A stretch of 64,000 bases of DNA from Eledone cirrhosa. Lineage: Eukaryota. The DNA is taken from the NCBI GenBank assembly GCA_964016885.1, contig CAXHJY010000162.1:865-64864 (forward strand), in the 5' to 3' direction. The position numbers and the translations under genes were made by a program. Of the stretch, positions 20,271 to 32,584 are shown piece after piece; position 1 is the first letter of the stretch, and each line of letters starts with the position of its first letter. The notes under the pieces are model-generated. The model saw only the letters and a program-made list of their open reading frames with translations, had not been told where the DNA came from and searched no databases.

Positions 20271-21940
20271 ATATGTTATTCATGTAAACTAATAACGGAG
20301 GCTGTGTAGAAACTCATTACATTCTCATCATCATCGTTGTGGCTTTTACGTCCACTCTTCCATGAAGGTCTAGTTTGAGACAATGTTTTACAGCCAGATG
20401 TCTTTCCTGATTTTTAGTCACCTCTTACAATAAGCAGGGATACGGTACATATATATTTATTTGAATGTGTGTGTTTTGCCAATGTATATTGGCAAAGAAT
20501 ATAAACATGGGCAAGAAAACTGAAAATATTTTGCTTTACAATTGAAGTCCCATGAGATATTTATTCTGCATCTGGTTACAGATACTTCTTTGTCATTCTC
20601 GGTGTCAGAAATATAGTAAATCAGGAATTTGTTTTTTAAATACCTATAACCAATAATTGCAATATAAAATTTTTTTTTTTTTTAAATATTAGAAAATTGT
20701 AAAAAATGATAACAGCTTCACATCTTATAATGGATGGGAAGAAGAAAGTGAAGAGAAACAGATAGACAGACAGATAATAACTTTATTGATATATTCCAAT
20801 CCTTGCTAGTAGGGAAAGCGGACATTAAATTTATGATGATGATGGTGGTGGTGATAATGACGATGATGACGACAATCCACCTTTCAAACACCATTTACAT
20901 AAGAAATAAACAATATAAATCACCTGGTAGTCCTTATGTCAAGAGTTAAAATATTAACTTTGCAAAAATATCTCACCATGTCAGATGTTTTGAATCTTGA
21001 CTTTAAAGTCACCTTTGCCATACCTACCTCCTGATGGTGCTGGAGGAGGGGCTTAGTAGTTACATATAATGGTGAAGACCATACCTCTCCAGATATGAAC
21101 ACAGCTGATTAGAGGAGGACAGAGGGAGGGGAAGGGATGGGGAGAGAGAGCAGGTGGAGAGGAAGAGTGGGGAGAGATGGAGTATATTTTGTTATTTTTT
21201 TCAATTTGCTTTCAAAACTATGTTGTGGTCTACTGGGACAGTACCATCAATAATCTGACACTGATGCCATCAATACTCTGAAGCTGAGGCCATGCTGGGG
21301 CATTATTATTATTACTAAAGGACCTTTTGGCTTAGGTAAATTATGTCAGCGCTGGAATTATCCATTTGTCATGTTGATTCACGTAAGGTTAAAAAATTGG
21401 TAGCTGGGAGGTTAACTTTCTTTTTACATTGATATAATCTATGGCTTCTGTTTGTTGTTGTTTGTCTAATTCTCTTTGGTCAATGTCACAGCACCAGACA
21501 CACATTTTGTCTAATATTTATAATCATTACAATTGTCATTGTTCTTTAACCCAGTGTCTGCCCTCGCTGAGTAAAACTATGAACAAAAGTATTCCACCTT
21601 GTCTCAAAGCTAAGAACATCATTTAAAGCCTTGTTTTGGTCAACTCTTTCAGAGACATTTATGGTATTTCTGTTTTGGGGGCATTTTACTGCTTCATCTC
21701 GGATTTTCTGGTTAATTTTTGCTTTTTTTTTTTCAAAAGAACTGTCATAAATAAAATGAGATATTTTTATTTTGATCAAATTTGCTTTATTTACATAGTT
21801 TAAACCTGTGCTTCACAAACTAAACTAAAACATCAGTGTGCCCAGGGTTTTCCACATTGTCTAGGCCTGTGTGTATCATTGAGGGAGCAATAGTATAAGA
21901 TGCTGATATCTACATCAGTCCACACACAAATATATATATA

Positions 21941-22660
21941 CTAGCAGTGGTACCCGGCGTTGCACGGGATAAGGTATTTTGGAACGCGAGCCGCCAACAG
22001 ACCTAGTCGTGGAAAAACTGCATGCCTGGACAATATGTAAACAAAATAAACCGAATACTCTGATGGCTGGATAACCTTTAAGATTTTCCTCGATGAAGCA
22101 GGAAAAATGCAGGTTTTCACCTAGGGGATCAAGAAAATGAATTTTTTTTATGTGCATAATATGCTTTGAAATTTCGGGAAAATCAGCTAGACGTAACGCC
22201 TCCAAAAAGCCCTAAAAAGCTTTTAAAATGCAGTTTTTCACCTAATGCAGGCCCTAGGAGTATGCATAACACTCCCTGAAATATAAGTAATACGCATGTA
22301 AAGTTTGAAAAAAATCGGTTGGGTACTTCTCGAGTTTTAGGGATTCAAACTCACAGACACACACACACACCCTCAGGGAAGTGACGTAATGCAGACAGTC
22401 AGACATACAGACATATTATAAGGGCGCGACGTTATATGTATGTACCTATCTAAAAAGAGAAAGACTACGAATTATAGAGAAAGATCGCTAAATCGCCTAA
22501 TGCGGTCCTTAGGGCATTGAAAATTTGAAATTCTTTTTGCTCAGAACACTCCCTGAGACATAAGTACTACATGTGTAAAGTTTGAAAACAGTCGGTTGGG
22601 TGGTTCTCTAGTTTTAGGGGTTCAAACTCACACAGACAGACATCCTCAGTTTTATATATA
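21941..22660 (-). mobile_element. Non-autonomous Helitron
   Basis: Minus-strand 5' end TATATATAAAACTGAGGATGTCTGTCTG and 3' hairpin CCCGTGCAACGCCGGG...CTAG. Same ends as 31302-32188. Confidence 0.8.
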
Positions 22661-22661
22661 T

Positions 22662-22822
22662 CATCATCATCATCATCATCGTTTAACGTCCATGTTCCAC
22701 GCTTGCATGGGTTTGGACGGGAGTTTTCCCCCTTGAGGCAAGAGTGGTTGTCTTGCTCACATAGGACTGTCTGGCGGGTTTTCTACAGTTGGATGCCCTT
22801 CCTAACACCAACCACATTTACG
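22662..22822 (-). mobile_element. RTE family A 3' tail fragment
   Basis: (CAT)n plus the reverse complement of the 3' UTR at 11265-11424. Confidence 0.85.
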
Positions 22823-23291
22823 TTAAACTTAACCTATGCCATATGTCAAGTTTAACGTCCTCGAAAATGAAAGTGGATTTTCTGACAAGTGAATGTGTTT
22901 TTTTTTTTTTTTTTACAGTGATACGCATACAAACGAAACTCATACAAATACATACAAAACTTAACCTATGCCATATATATATATATGGCATAGGTTAAGT
23001 TTAACGTCCTCGAAAATGAAAGTGGATTTTCTGACAAGTGAATATGTTTTTTGTTTTTTTTTACAGTGAAATTTACGATACACTCTTTGTTTATTTACAA
23101 CAGGTCTCTATAGTGAAAAAAAACAAACACATTCACTTGTCAGAAAATCCACTTTCATTTTCGAGGACGTTAAACTTAACCTATGCCATATATATATATA
23201 TGGCATAGGTTAAGTTTAACGTCCTCGAAAATGAAAATTCACTTGTCAGAAAATCCACTTTCATTTTCGAGGACGTTAAACTTAACCTATG

Positions 23292-23293
<2 letters not shown>
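22821..23293. mobile_element. Chain of MITEs with long TIRs inserted in (TA)n
   Basis: TIR GGCATAGGTTAAGTTTAACGTCCTCGAAAATGAAAGTGGATTTTCTGACAAGTGAAT. Elements lie at 22987-23187 and 23202-23293, with partial ends at 22821-22972. Confidence 0.75.
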
Positions 23294-23340
<47 letters not shown>

Positions 23341-24779
23341 AAATTGTAAAAAAGTCAAGGATAATAAATTATTATTTTTTCATACATCTCTACAAAAATT
23401 TCAATACGTCCATAATATCACATCCATTTGCAGGGCAACTGGAGATTATTAATTAACAATTATCTGCATTTATGTGTGCTTTATCTCAACCATATATCTT
23501 ACAATTTTTGAATTTTAAATGCTCTGCTACCTGAACTGCCCTTAATACAAGATATCTTAATCATCCAGTTTTTACTCCAGAAGGACAGAGGATGGTAATG
23601 TGTATCAAGTTAATATCTTACCAAAGAAAATAGTGAAGTAGTACACTATGACCTCATATATAAGGAGGAATTTGTAGTTTACTTGAAGCATTGTGTATGA
23701 TATATAAATTTTGAAGTTTGAAAGCCATGACAATGTAAAATGGACGAATAAATACAGAGTGAAATGCGGTGTTGTGTGTTTTACCTTAATTTATTTATAT
23801 CCTGATATTTCGAGATCAAAATCTCTTCTTCCGAGGAAAATAAAAGAAACTAATCCAGTGTCCGATGTAGCATGCTATACCATGCTGCCAGAAGTGGTTT
23901 TATTATATTTCTTTTTCAACTTCTTTTATTTTAAGAATTAAAAGTCTGGACAGGTCAAAGGGAGCACAGAGTTATTTCCCTTTAAATCTGCATAAACACA
24001 TATACTCTAATATGTGCTGACATACAAGCACATGTATACCTGTGTGTGTAAGCGTGCACATAAATAGGCATACTTGCATGGATATAATCGTGTAAAGATA
24101 TGAATGCATATACACAATTTCTCAGATAAATAATATGCTCGTGTGCGGGTCCATGTGTACCTCTATGTGTGGAGTCCTGTGGCCTTCTAAGTTATGTGTG
24201 TATGCCTAGTTCTATGTTAGGTATTGTGTGCGTAATTCTAGTCTATTATTGATTTGTGGGTGTGTTCTGGCTATGATTAATGCTTCCTTAATTCTAAGGT
24301 TGCCTACATTTCTTTCTCTTGTTTCAACCTTAACTGTTATTTTTTTTGGAAGTGTTTTTGCATTTCTCTAAGTGGTTTTTGAATTAGGAAGTGTTAGTGT
24401 TAATGGGTTCCTTAATTCTGATGTGTAGGTGTCTGGTGGTGCTGCCTATATAGAAGTCGTATCATACTGGACTCGGTACACAACATATGATTGATGACAC
24501 ATGTCTGTGCACATTAGCCAACTTCCCCATCAATAACACAGGCCAAATGAGACTTGGTATTGGAATAGCACTGGTGACTGAGTCAAAACAACTAAGAGAC
24601 AAACTTGAATGAGCTGGACAAAATGGAGGAACAAAGAACACTATCAAGTACATAAAAGTGAAGCTGAAAATAAAAGGTTTGCCAATGTGCAGCGACATGA
24701 AGATCAAAACTGTGTGCGAGTGTGAAACAAGATGTTCAGGGAGAAAAGTGTGTTTGGAATGACACTGGTACATTTAACC

Positions 24780-26260
24780 TCACCAACGCTCAGAAGAAAG
24801 GTGCCTAGAAATGTTACTATGAGAGGTTGCTGAATGTGTAGAATGAGTGGATGGAAGAAGTACTACTTCCAGTAGACTCAACAGAAGGACCAATTATCAA
24901 AGTTGAAAGTTATATGGTCTAAGAAGACATCAGGATTAGGAAAAAGGGAAAAAGCTGCTGCTGAATTATCAAAGATAGTTGCTAAGATGCTGACATTATC
25001 AGGTGAAGTAGGAGTCAAGTTTATTACCCCCACAGGTAATACATGATGGTGTCATGATCAATGACTAGAGTATCAGTATTAATTGTTACAAGGGAAAGGG
25101 TGATGTTCTAGAAAAGAGCAACTGCGGGGGCATAAAACTGATGAATCAAGTTATGAAAGTGAGAGAAAGAGTTTTTGCACAACTAATTAGAAAAAGAATC
25201 AAATTAGATGAGATGTAGTTTGGACATGTAAGACAAATACAAGAGAAGTCCCTAGCAGCAGTACTTAACTTTCATAGATCTGGAGAAGGCCTTTGACAGA
25301 GTACCATGACTGTCACCTGGTAGTCCTTAAGCAACCTAGGTGGCTTGTGAGAGCAGTGTAAGCCATGTACAGAGGTGTTATCAGTGGCTTGTGAGATTAG
25401 TGCAAGACATGTATAGAAGTGTTATCAGCAAAGTAAGAGTAGGTAATGACTTTAGTGAGGAATTCAAGTGGGTGTTCATCGGGGCTCAGTCTTCAGCTCA
25501 CTCCTGTTTATTATAGTTTTCCAGAGCATAACAGAGGAGTTTAAGATTAGTTGTCCATGAGAACTTACGCATTCTGATGAACCAGTTCTTATAGCCAAAT
25601 CTGTGGAAGAGCTAGAGAAAGAAATTCCTGTTGTGGAACCAGAACTTAGAATCAAAATGGCTCAGAGTAAATTTATCAAAAGTCCAACTTTTAGTAAGTG
25701 GGAAAGAAGGCAAGACTCTGTACTAATTGGGAAATGGTTGTACTAGACATGCAGAAAAGGCATAGGCAGGAATTCTATATGATCAACTCAGTGTAAAATG
25801 TAAGTACACATGAGGAGTAATGGAATTGCAGATAGGTTAACAGAAAGTGGAACTTTATATGTGGCAGATGTACAAGGGTAAGCTGGCAGTAAGAGCACAA
25901 GCAAATTAGTGAAATAAGATTTTTCCAATCCTGAAAAGGTCCAAAGAAGTAGTCACTAGCTTCTCTATCTAGGTGACCTAATTGGCAGTAGAGGAAGCTG
26001 CTCTGAAAGCATAGTAGAGAGAAAAAAAAAACGGGTGGAAAAAGTTCAGGGAGCTGCTACTACTGTTGGCAACAAAGGGATTTATTTTCTTTTTGAGCAA
26101 AGGGTAGATTATATAATGTCTGCATGTGAAGTGCAATGTTGCATTGTAGTGAGACACAGGGAAGTGAATGCTGGAGAGAAATGAATCAAGCACACTCCAT
26201 TTGATGTGCAATGTTAGTATGCATAAATGATGAAGCATTGATAAACTAGGTATTTGTAAT
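24780..26260 (+). mobile_element. Old degenerate RTE LINE (RT region)
   Basis: Frameshifted motifs KGKGDVLEKSNCGGIKL, FIDLEKAFDRVP, GVHRGSVFSSLLFIIV and GWKKFRELL. Confidence 0.85.
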
Positions 26261-26399
26261 GAAATGTTTGTCCTTGCATAGATTTTTAGAACCAAACATC
26301 TCGTAAATTTTAATCTATAAATATGTTCACATTTATAATTCAATGGTCCTTATCCTTGAAAACAATCCATGATGCTTCGTGTGTATATAATATAATATA

Positions 26400-26577
26400 A
26401 TTGTTTTTACTTTAGGCACAAGGCCAGCACTTACCCAGCGCATTACTGGTACTTTATTTTATCGACCCCGTAAGGATGAAAGGCAAAGTCAACCTCGACG
26501 GGATTTGAACTCAGATCGTAAAGGGACGTAACTATGCTGGAAAGCATGGCGTCCGACCCTCTACCGATACTGCCAAT
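26400..26577 (-). mobile_element. tRNA-derived SINE (main family, young subfamily)
   Basis: Near-identical to the copies at 28992-29172, 30519-30708, 45558-45740, 53365-53545 and 59230-59413. Confidence 0.9.
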
Positions 26578-26639
26578 ATAATATAATTTCACTTTAAATG
26601 TATGTGTAATGCGAAAACACAGTTAAGTTATAGGTATAC

Positions 26640-27071
26640 AAACGGAGACCTGCGCGCCATTGCGGTTGACTGCACTCTTCGTTGCCTGGGTTGTCCAGAA
26701 GTGACGGCCTTACTCTGTGCCCCTGGTTGAGAGGCAGGTGCCTTGTCTGGGACGTCACTGTTAGTGACTCCTTTGCTTCTTCCCACATCCTGGATACTGC
26801 GGTTAGGGCGAGAGTCACAGCTTCCGCAGCCGAGCGGAGCAAGACCCTCAAATACAGTGATCTGTCGGCCAGCTACATTTTCCAGCCCGTGACGTTCGAG
26901 ACATTTGGGGGAGTCGGGCTGCTGACTGCGAGTTTCCTCTCTTCACTGGCGGTTTGCCTAATAGAGGTAACTGGCGAATTTCGTGAGGGCGCTTGGTTGT
27001 TCCAGCGCATCAGCCTCGCCATCATCCGAGGCCGCGCTGCGAGTGTGCTGGCTTGCCTCAAAAATCATTAG
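26640..27071 (+). mobile_element. 3' fragment of a restriction-like-endonuclease non-LTR retrotransposon (CRE-clade-like)
   Basis: RSDGLTLCPWLRGRCLVWDVTVSDS...KTLKY...FQPVTFETFGGVG...FQRISLAIIRG matches the RLE C-terminal motif pattern. Confidence 0.85.
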
Positions 27072-27527
27072 AGAGGTTGCCCAGTACTCCTGGCGATGCT
27101 GCTGTCTTTTGCTCTGGTGGTAGCTCGGTTGTTCACCCCTTCTTTTATATTTTCTTTAATATTGCAACATTAAAGGAATATATCTTTCCGAAAGAATCGC
27201 GAGCAATTAATAATGTTATTTAAGTATTTGTAGTGTTATTCATGTATATATTTAAAACATATTTGTTATGTTATTCTACTGTAAATTTATTTATATGCTT
27301 TGTATATTAATTGTATTTATTCATATTTTCATTCTGTAAAGAATTATAAACAATTTGTAATGTTATTTATACAACCATCGTTTAATTTCTGTATACAAAC
27401 CAAAACGAAATTCATCAGTTATTTGGTAATTCTAGAAAGCCAAGATATTTTCCCTTACATTCCCAACCTCTCGCGTATTCGACAAAATTTGCAATGTTTG
27501 GGCGTGAGCAAAGTTAAGCCAAAATAC

Positions 27528-27860
27528 AGTCTTAGTAAATTTTAAGGGTGGTTATACATAATTTTTTTTTTTATATAATAAATGTTTTACTTGTATAAAC
27601 AGAAATATATAACTCAAATTTAATTTTTTTTTTTTTTATAAATTTTTATAAAATTGCCCTTCCCATCCATCAATTACAATATTATTTGTATTAGTCTTAG
27701 TAAATTTTAAGGGTGGTTATACATAATTTATTTTTATATAATAAATGTTTTATTTGTATAAACAGAAATATATAACTCAAATTTAATTTTTTTTTTTTTT
27801 TTTTTATAAATTTTTATAAAATTGCCCGTCCCATCCATCAATTACAATATTATTTGTATT
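27528..27860. repeat. ~165-bp near-perfect tandem duplication
   Basis: AGTCTTAGTAAATTTTAAGGGTGG...TATTTGTATT occurs twice in tandem. Confidence 0.9.
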
Positions 27861-28092
27861 GCTAACGCTTTTATAGCAAATATACACGAGATATTTGTGT
27901 TTCATTTTTTAAATAAATTTTTAATTTGAGTTAATCATTATTTTTTTTATTTTCACAGTAATTCATTTCATTATTTTACAAAAGTTGTATGAAAATTATA
28001 ATTATTTTTTCATCTATGTTAAAATTTAACGACATTGGCAAAACAATATTCTAATAACATTAATTAAAAACAAACCGATAGTTTATACTTAC

Positions 28093-28161
28093 ATAATGTT
28101 TACCAGGAAAACGACGTTTTTCAACATCAATAACTTCAACAGAGTGAACACAGTCCTTCAT
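28093..28161 (-). CDS. SH3PXD2: SH3PXD2-like gene, first coding exon (PX domain N-terminus)
   Basis: Encodes MKDCVHSVEVIDVEKRRFPGKHY followed by gtaagt, versus recalled human MLAYCVQDATVVDVEKRRNPSKHY. Phase 0, joining 10063 in frame. An acceptor ttcatccag lies 8 nt upstream of the ATG (exon start 28169). Confidence 0.93.
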
Positions 28162-28646
28162 GACTATATCTGGATGAAATAAATAATTATCTCTGTGGTT
28201 TGTTTGTTATTTTTTCTGTATGTAATTATACTTTTTATATGTTTGTATTTAAATACATATATTATTGTTGTGTCTGTTTTCAATTTTTTAAAAAAGTATT
28301 TCACATTTGCATTATAAAGTTATTCTTTCATGTATGTTATTGTGTAAAAAATTGTATGATGGTGTACGTATATGTTTTTGCTTTGATATAAATGACTCCG
28401 TTACTCCTGTGTCACTGACTAGCAACTTAAAAGAAAGAGAGAGTGGGACAGAAAAATTATGAGAGCTAAAGAGGAAAAAGGGGTGTAAAATAAGCTGATT
28501 CTTTCTTTTAGGTTGATTTTCTTCTGAAATTGAGTAAGGGAGGAACAAACAGAAGTGTTTAAAGGATGGAGCTGGGGAGAGAGAGAGGAAATGTCAAAAG
28601 AAAAAATACGAATTTGAGGTTAAGTTAAAATGAATGGATAACTTAC

Positions 28647-28720
28647 GGTGGGGCAGATGCGAGTTAGAGAGAGAGTTGACAGAAGCAAATCCTCCATCCT
28701 CACCCCAAATAAACAATAAA
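28647..28720 (-). other. Candidate upstream 5' UTR exon of the SH3PXD2-like gene (5' boundary uncertain)
   Basis: A GTAAGT donor at 28646-28641 lies upstream of the acceptor at 28170. Confidence 0.45.
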
Positions 28721-28991
28721 AGTAATAACGATTTCTATATCTAATGTAGTTTCGGGGTTTTAGCGTGTACAATAGGTAGAAAACTGTTTTCAATGTGTTA
28801 TTATAATGCTGATAGTTCATTAAACATTTATGAGACAACAGGTTGTCTAGTTACCAACGTACACATGCTGTAGATACGTGACTGAATGATATACGCTTAT
28901 AAAGTTTATGAGTTGTATCAATACACTTACACGTCATACGGTGTGCAATTAACCCCGTTCCTAGTTAAACAGTATATATATATATATATGA

Positions 28992-29172
28992 TAATTGTTT
29001 CTACTTTTGGCACAAGGCCAGTAATTATCTCAGTACATTACTGGTACTTTATTTTATCGACCAGGTAAGAGTGAAAGGTAAAGTTAACCTCGGCGGGATT
29101 TGAACTCAGACCGTAAAGGGCCGTAACTATGCTGCAAAGCATGGTGTCCGACTCTACCGATACTGCCAATCG
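28992..29172 (-). mobile_element. tRNA-derived SINE (main family)
   Basis: GGGATTTGAACTC (reverse B-box) and GATACTGCCAAT (reverse head). Confidence 0.9.
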
Positions 29173-29175
29173 ACC

Positions 29176-30295
<1,120 letters not shown>

Positions 30296-30718
30296 AAAAA
30301 TTGAACAGGGACAGAACAGAGAGGCAGTACGACAAATGTTTATTAGCTTCACGCTCAGGAGAGTGGAGGGTAGGTGGAGGACGACGTTTCGGGTAGGAGT
30401 TCAAAAGGTGTGTAGGGGAGTGGTGGAGAGACATATAGCGAAAGGAAACGGTGCGAATGAAAAATTAACAAATAAAGACAAAATTATAATAAATAATAAA
30501 TAAAAATATATATATATGATAATTGTTTCTACTATTGGCACGAGGCCAGCAATTAACCAGTACATTACTGGTACTTTATTTTATTGACCCCGTAAGGATG
30601 AAAGGCAAAGTTAACCTCGGCGGGATTTGAACTCAGAATGACAAGGGCCGTAACTCTGCGTCAAAGCATGGCGTCCGACCCTCTACCGATACTGCCAATT
30701 CACTGCCCTGTATATATA

Positions 30719-31301
30719 TCTCCTTATAATATATAACTAGCAATTTCTCTGTCTGTCTGTCCGACAGTGGAAACACGTGCGCGCGTGCGAATGTTTTTTG
30801 CGCACGCGTAGAGAGAGAGTGAGAGTGAAAGAAAGAGACAGACTACGAGAGGGGGATAGCGGGAGAGAGAGAGGGAGAGAGAGAGAGTGAATAGACGCTA
30901 AAACACGTGCGCGCGTGCGAATATTTTTTGCGCACGCGTAGAGAGAGAGTGAGAGTGAAAGAAAGAGACAGACTACAAGAGGGGGATAGCGGGAGGGAGA
31001 GAGGTGGGAATTGAGGAGTGCTACAGAAACATATATACATTTCTGTGTGTGTGTAATATATATATATACACACACAGAAATATATATATATATACACACA
31101 GAAATATATATACATTTCTGTGTGTCTGTAATATATATATATACACACACAGAAATATATATATATATACACACAGAAATATATATACATTTCTGTGTAT
31201 GTAATATATATATATATACACACAGAAATATATATACATTTCTGTGTGTGTAATATATATATATACTAGCAGAAAACCACGCGTCGGCGGTTTTCTGCTA
31301 G
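30719..31301 (+). mobile_element. Non-autonomous Helitron-like element with internal 124-bp duplication and minisatellite
   Basis: 5' TCTCCTTATAATATATAA and (CTGT)n. The 3' end is a hairpin finishing TTTTCTGCTAG. Confidence 0.6.
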
Positions 31302-32188
31302 TCTATATATATAAAACTGAGGTTGTATGTCTGTCTGTCTGTCTACTAAAACGGTAGGCACACATCTCCTCCTAAACCGTACGTTCAAATTTCGGTGAAA
31401 TTGCTACACTTATAGATGAAGGTCCGGCGGAGACATCGGTCAAAATAATTTTCAAATCGACCCACGCCAAGTGCAAAAATCGAATTTGTAATGTATTGAT
31501 TTTTCAGTTCAAATGTATAAATAGAGATGAGAGACGAGTTATTTCCCTTTTATGGCGTCATTCTGTCTATCTATTTACGTTACAAATATACGACGCGTGC
31601 AAAAGTACAAAAATACGCGAACAGTTTTCGGACCAGCAAAATTCATGAGTCGAAGTTTCAACATTAAGCTTCCATTTTGCTTCATTTCCATTAAAAAGTC
31701 TTTTTACTTGAAAATAAGCCTATTTGAATACACCGTAAAACAAGCAAATATTTTGTAAAAAAACCATTGATCTCGAATAAAGCCTAATGAGATTTTCATT
31801 TAGAAGCAATGATTTTAAACGACAGACAGATAACGCATTTTTGTTTTTTTTTTGTTTTTCATGTCCATCCATTTCTTTGTTTCAAAATAACTGATAGTTT
31901 GGTTACGCTGATGTTTTTCTCTGAGACAAGTGTTGCAGTGTTTACATTTTCAATTTTTGTTAATAGATTACCAGTGCAGTTTTTATCCCCAGCATCCTCT
32001 TTTGTTTTAACATTCGGGTTATGGTTATGTTTTCTTAACTTCATAAGGGTGAGGGAATATTAATCAAAAGTACCACATGAAAGTCTACACTGCAGGCTCT
32101 ACAGTTTTTAAGCCAATAAAGGAACTTAACATTGTAATTTTAACACAGCTACTGAGCAACCCCGAGCAACGCCGGGCTTTACTGCTAG
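31302..32188 (+). mobile_element. Non-autonomous Helitron
   Basis: 5' TCTATATATATAAAACTGAGG with (GTCT)n. 3' CCCGAGCAACGCCGGGCTTTACTGCTAG. Confidence 0.82.
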
Positions 32189-32274
32189 TATATGATAATT
32201 GTTTCTACTTTTGGCATAAGGCCAGCAATTACCCAGTGTATTACTGGTACTTTATTTTACATGATAATGTAGCC

Positions 32275-32386
<112 letters not shown>

Positions 32387-32439
32387 AATTAATAAAAACA
32401 ATGAATAAAAACAAAGAAACAGTTCCTTATATTAAAAAA

Positions 32440-32575
32440 TTCATCATTTTACGATCGTTTCTAGGATATATGTGTGTGTTGGTATGTATATCATATAGAT
32501 CTATGTAAAATCTTTACAAACTATCAGAGGGAATATACATACCTACACATATATATGCTGTCTCCAGAAATAATG
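32440..32575 (-). ncRNA. Degenerate long-stem-II HHR, same family as 29892-30045
   Basis: cattattt-CTGGAGA...GAA-ACGATCGT-A-aaatgatg. The core has A6 changed to G. Confidence 0.55.
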
Positions 32576-32584
32576 TGTATATAT

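Noticed and set aside
20920-21102. ORF MVRYFCKVNILTLDIRTT as PX-domain exon 1
   Set aside because: The donor is weak and in the wrong phase. A much better match exists at 28093-28161.
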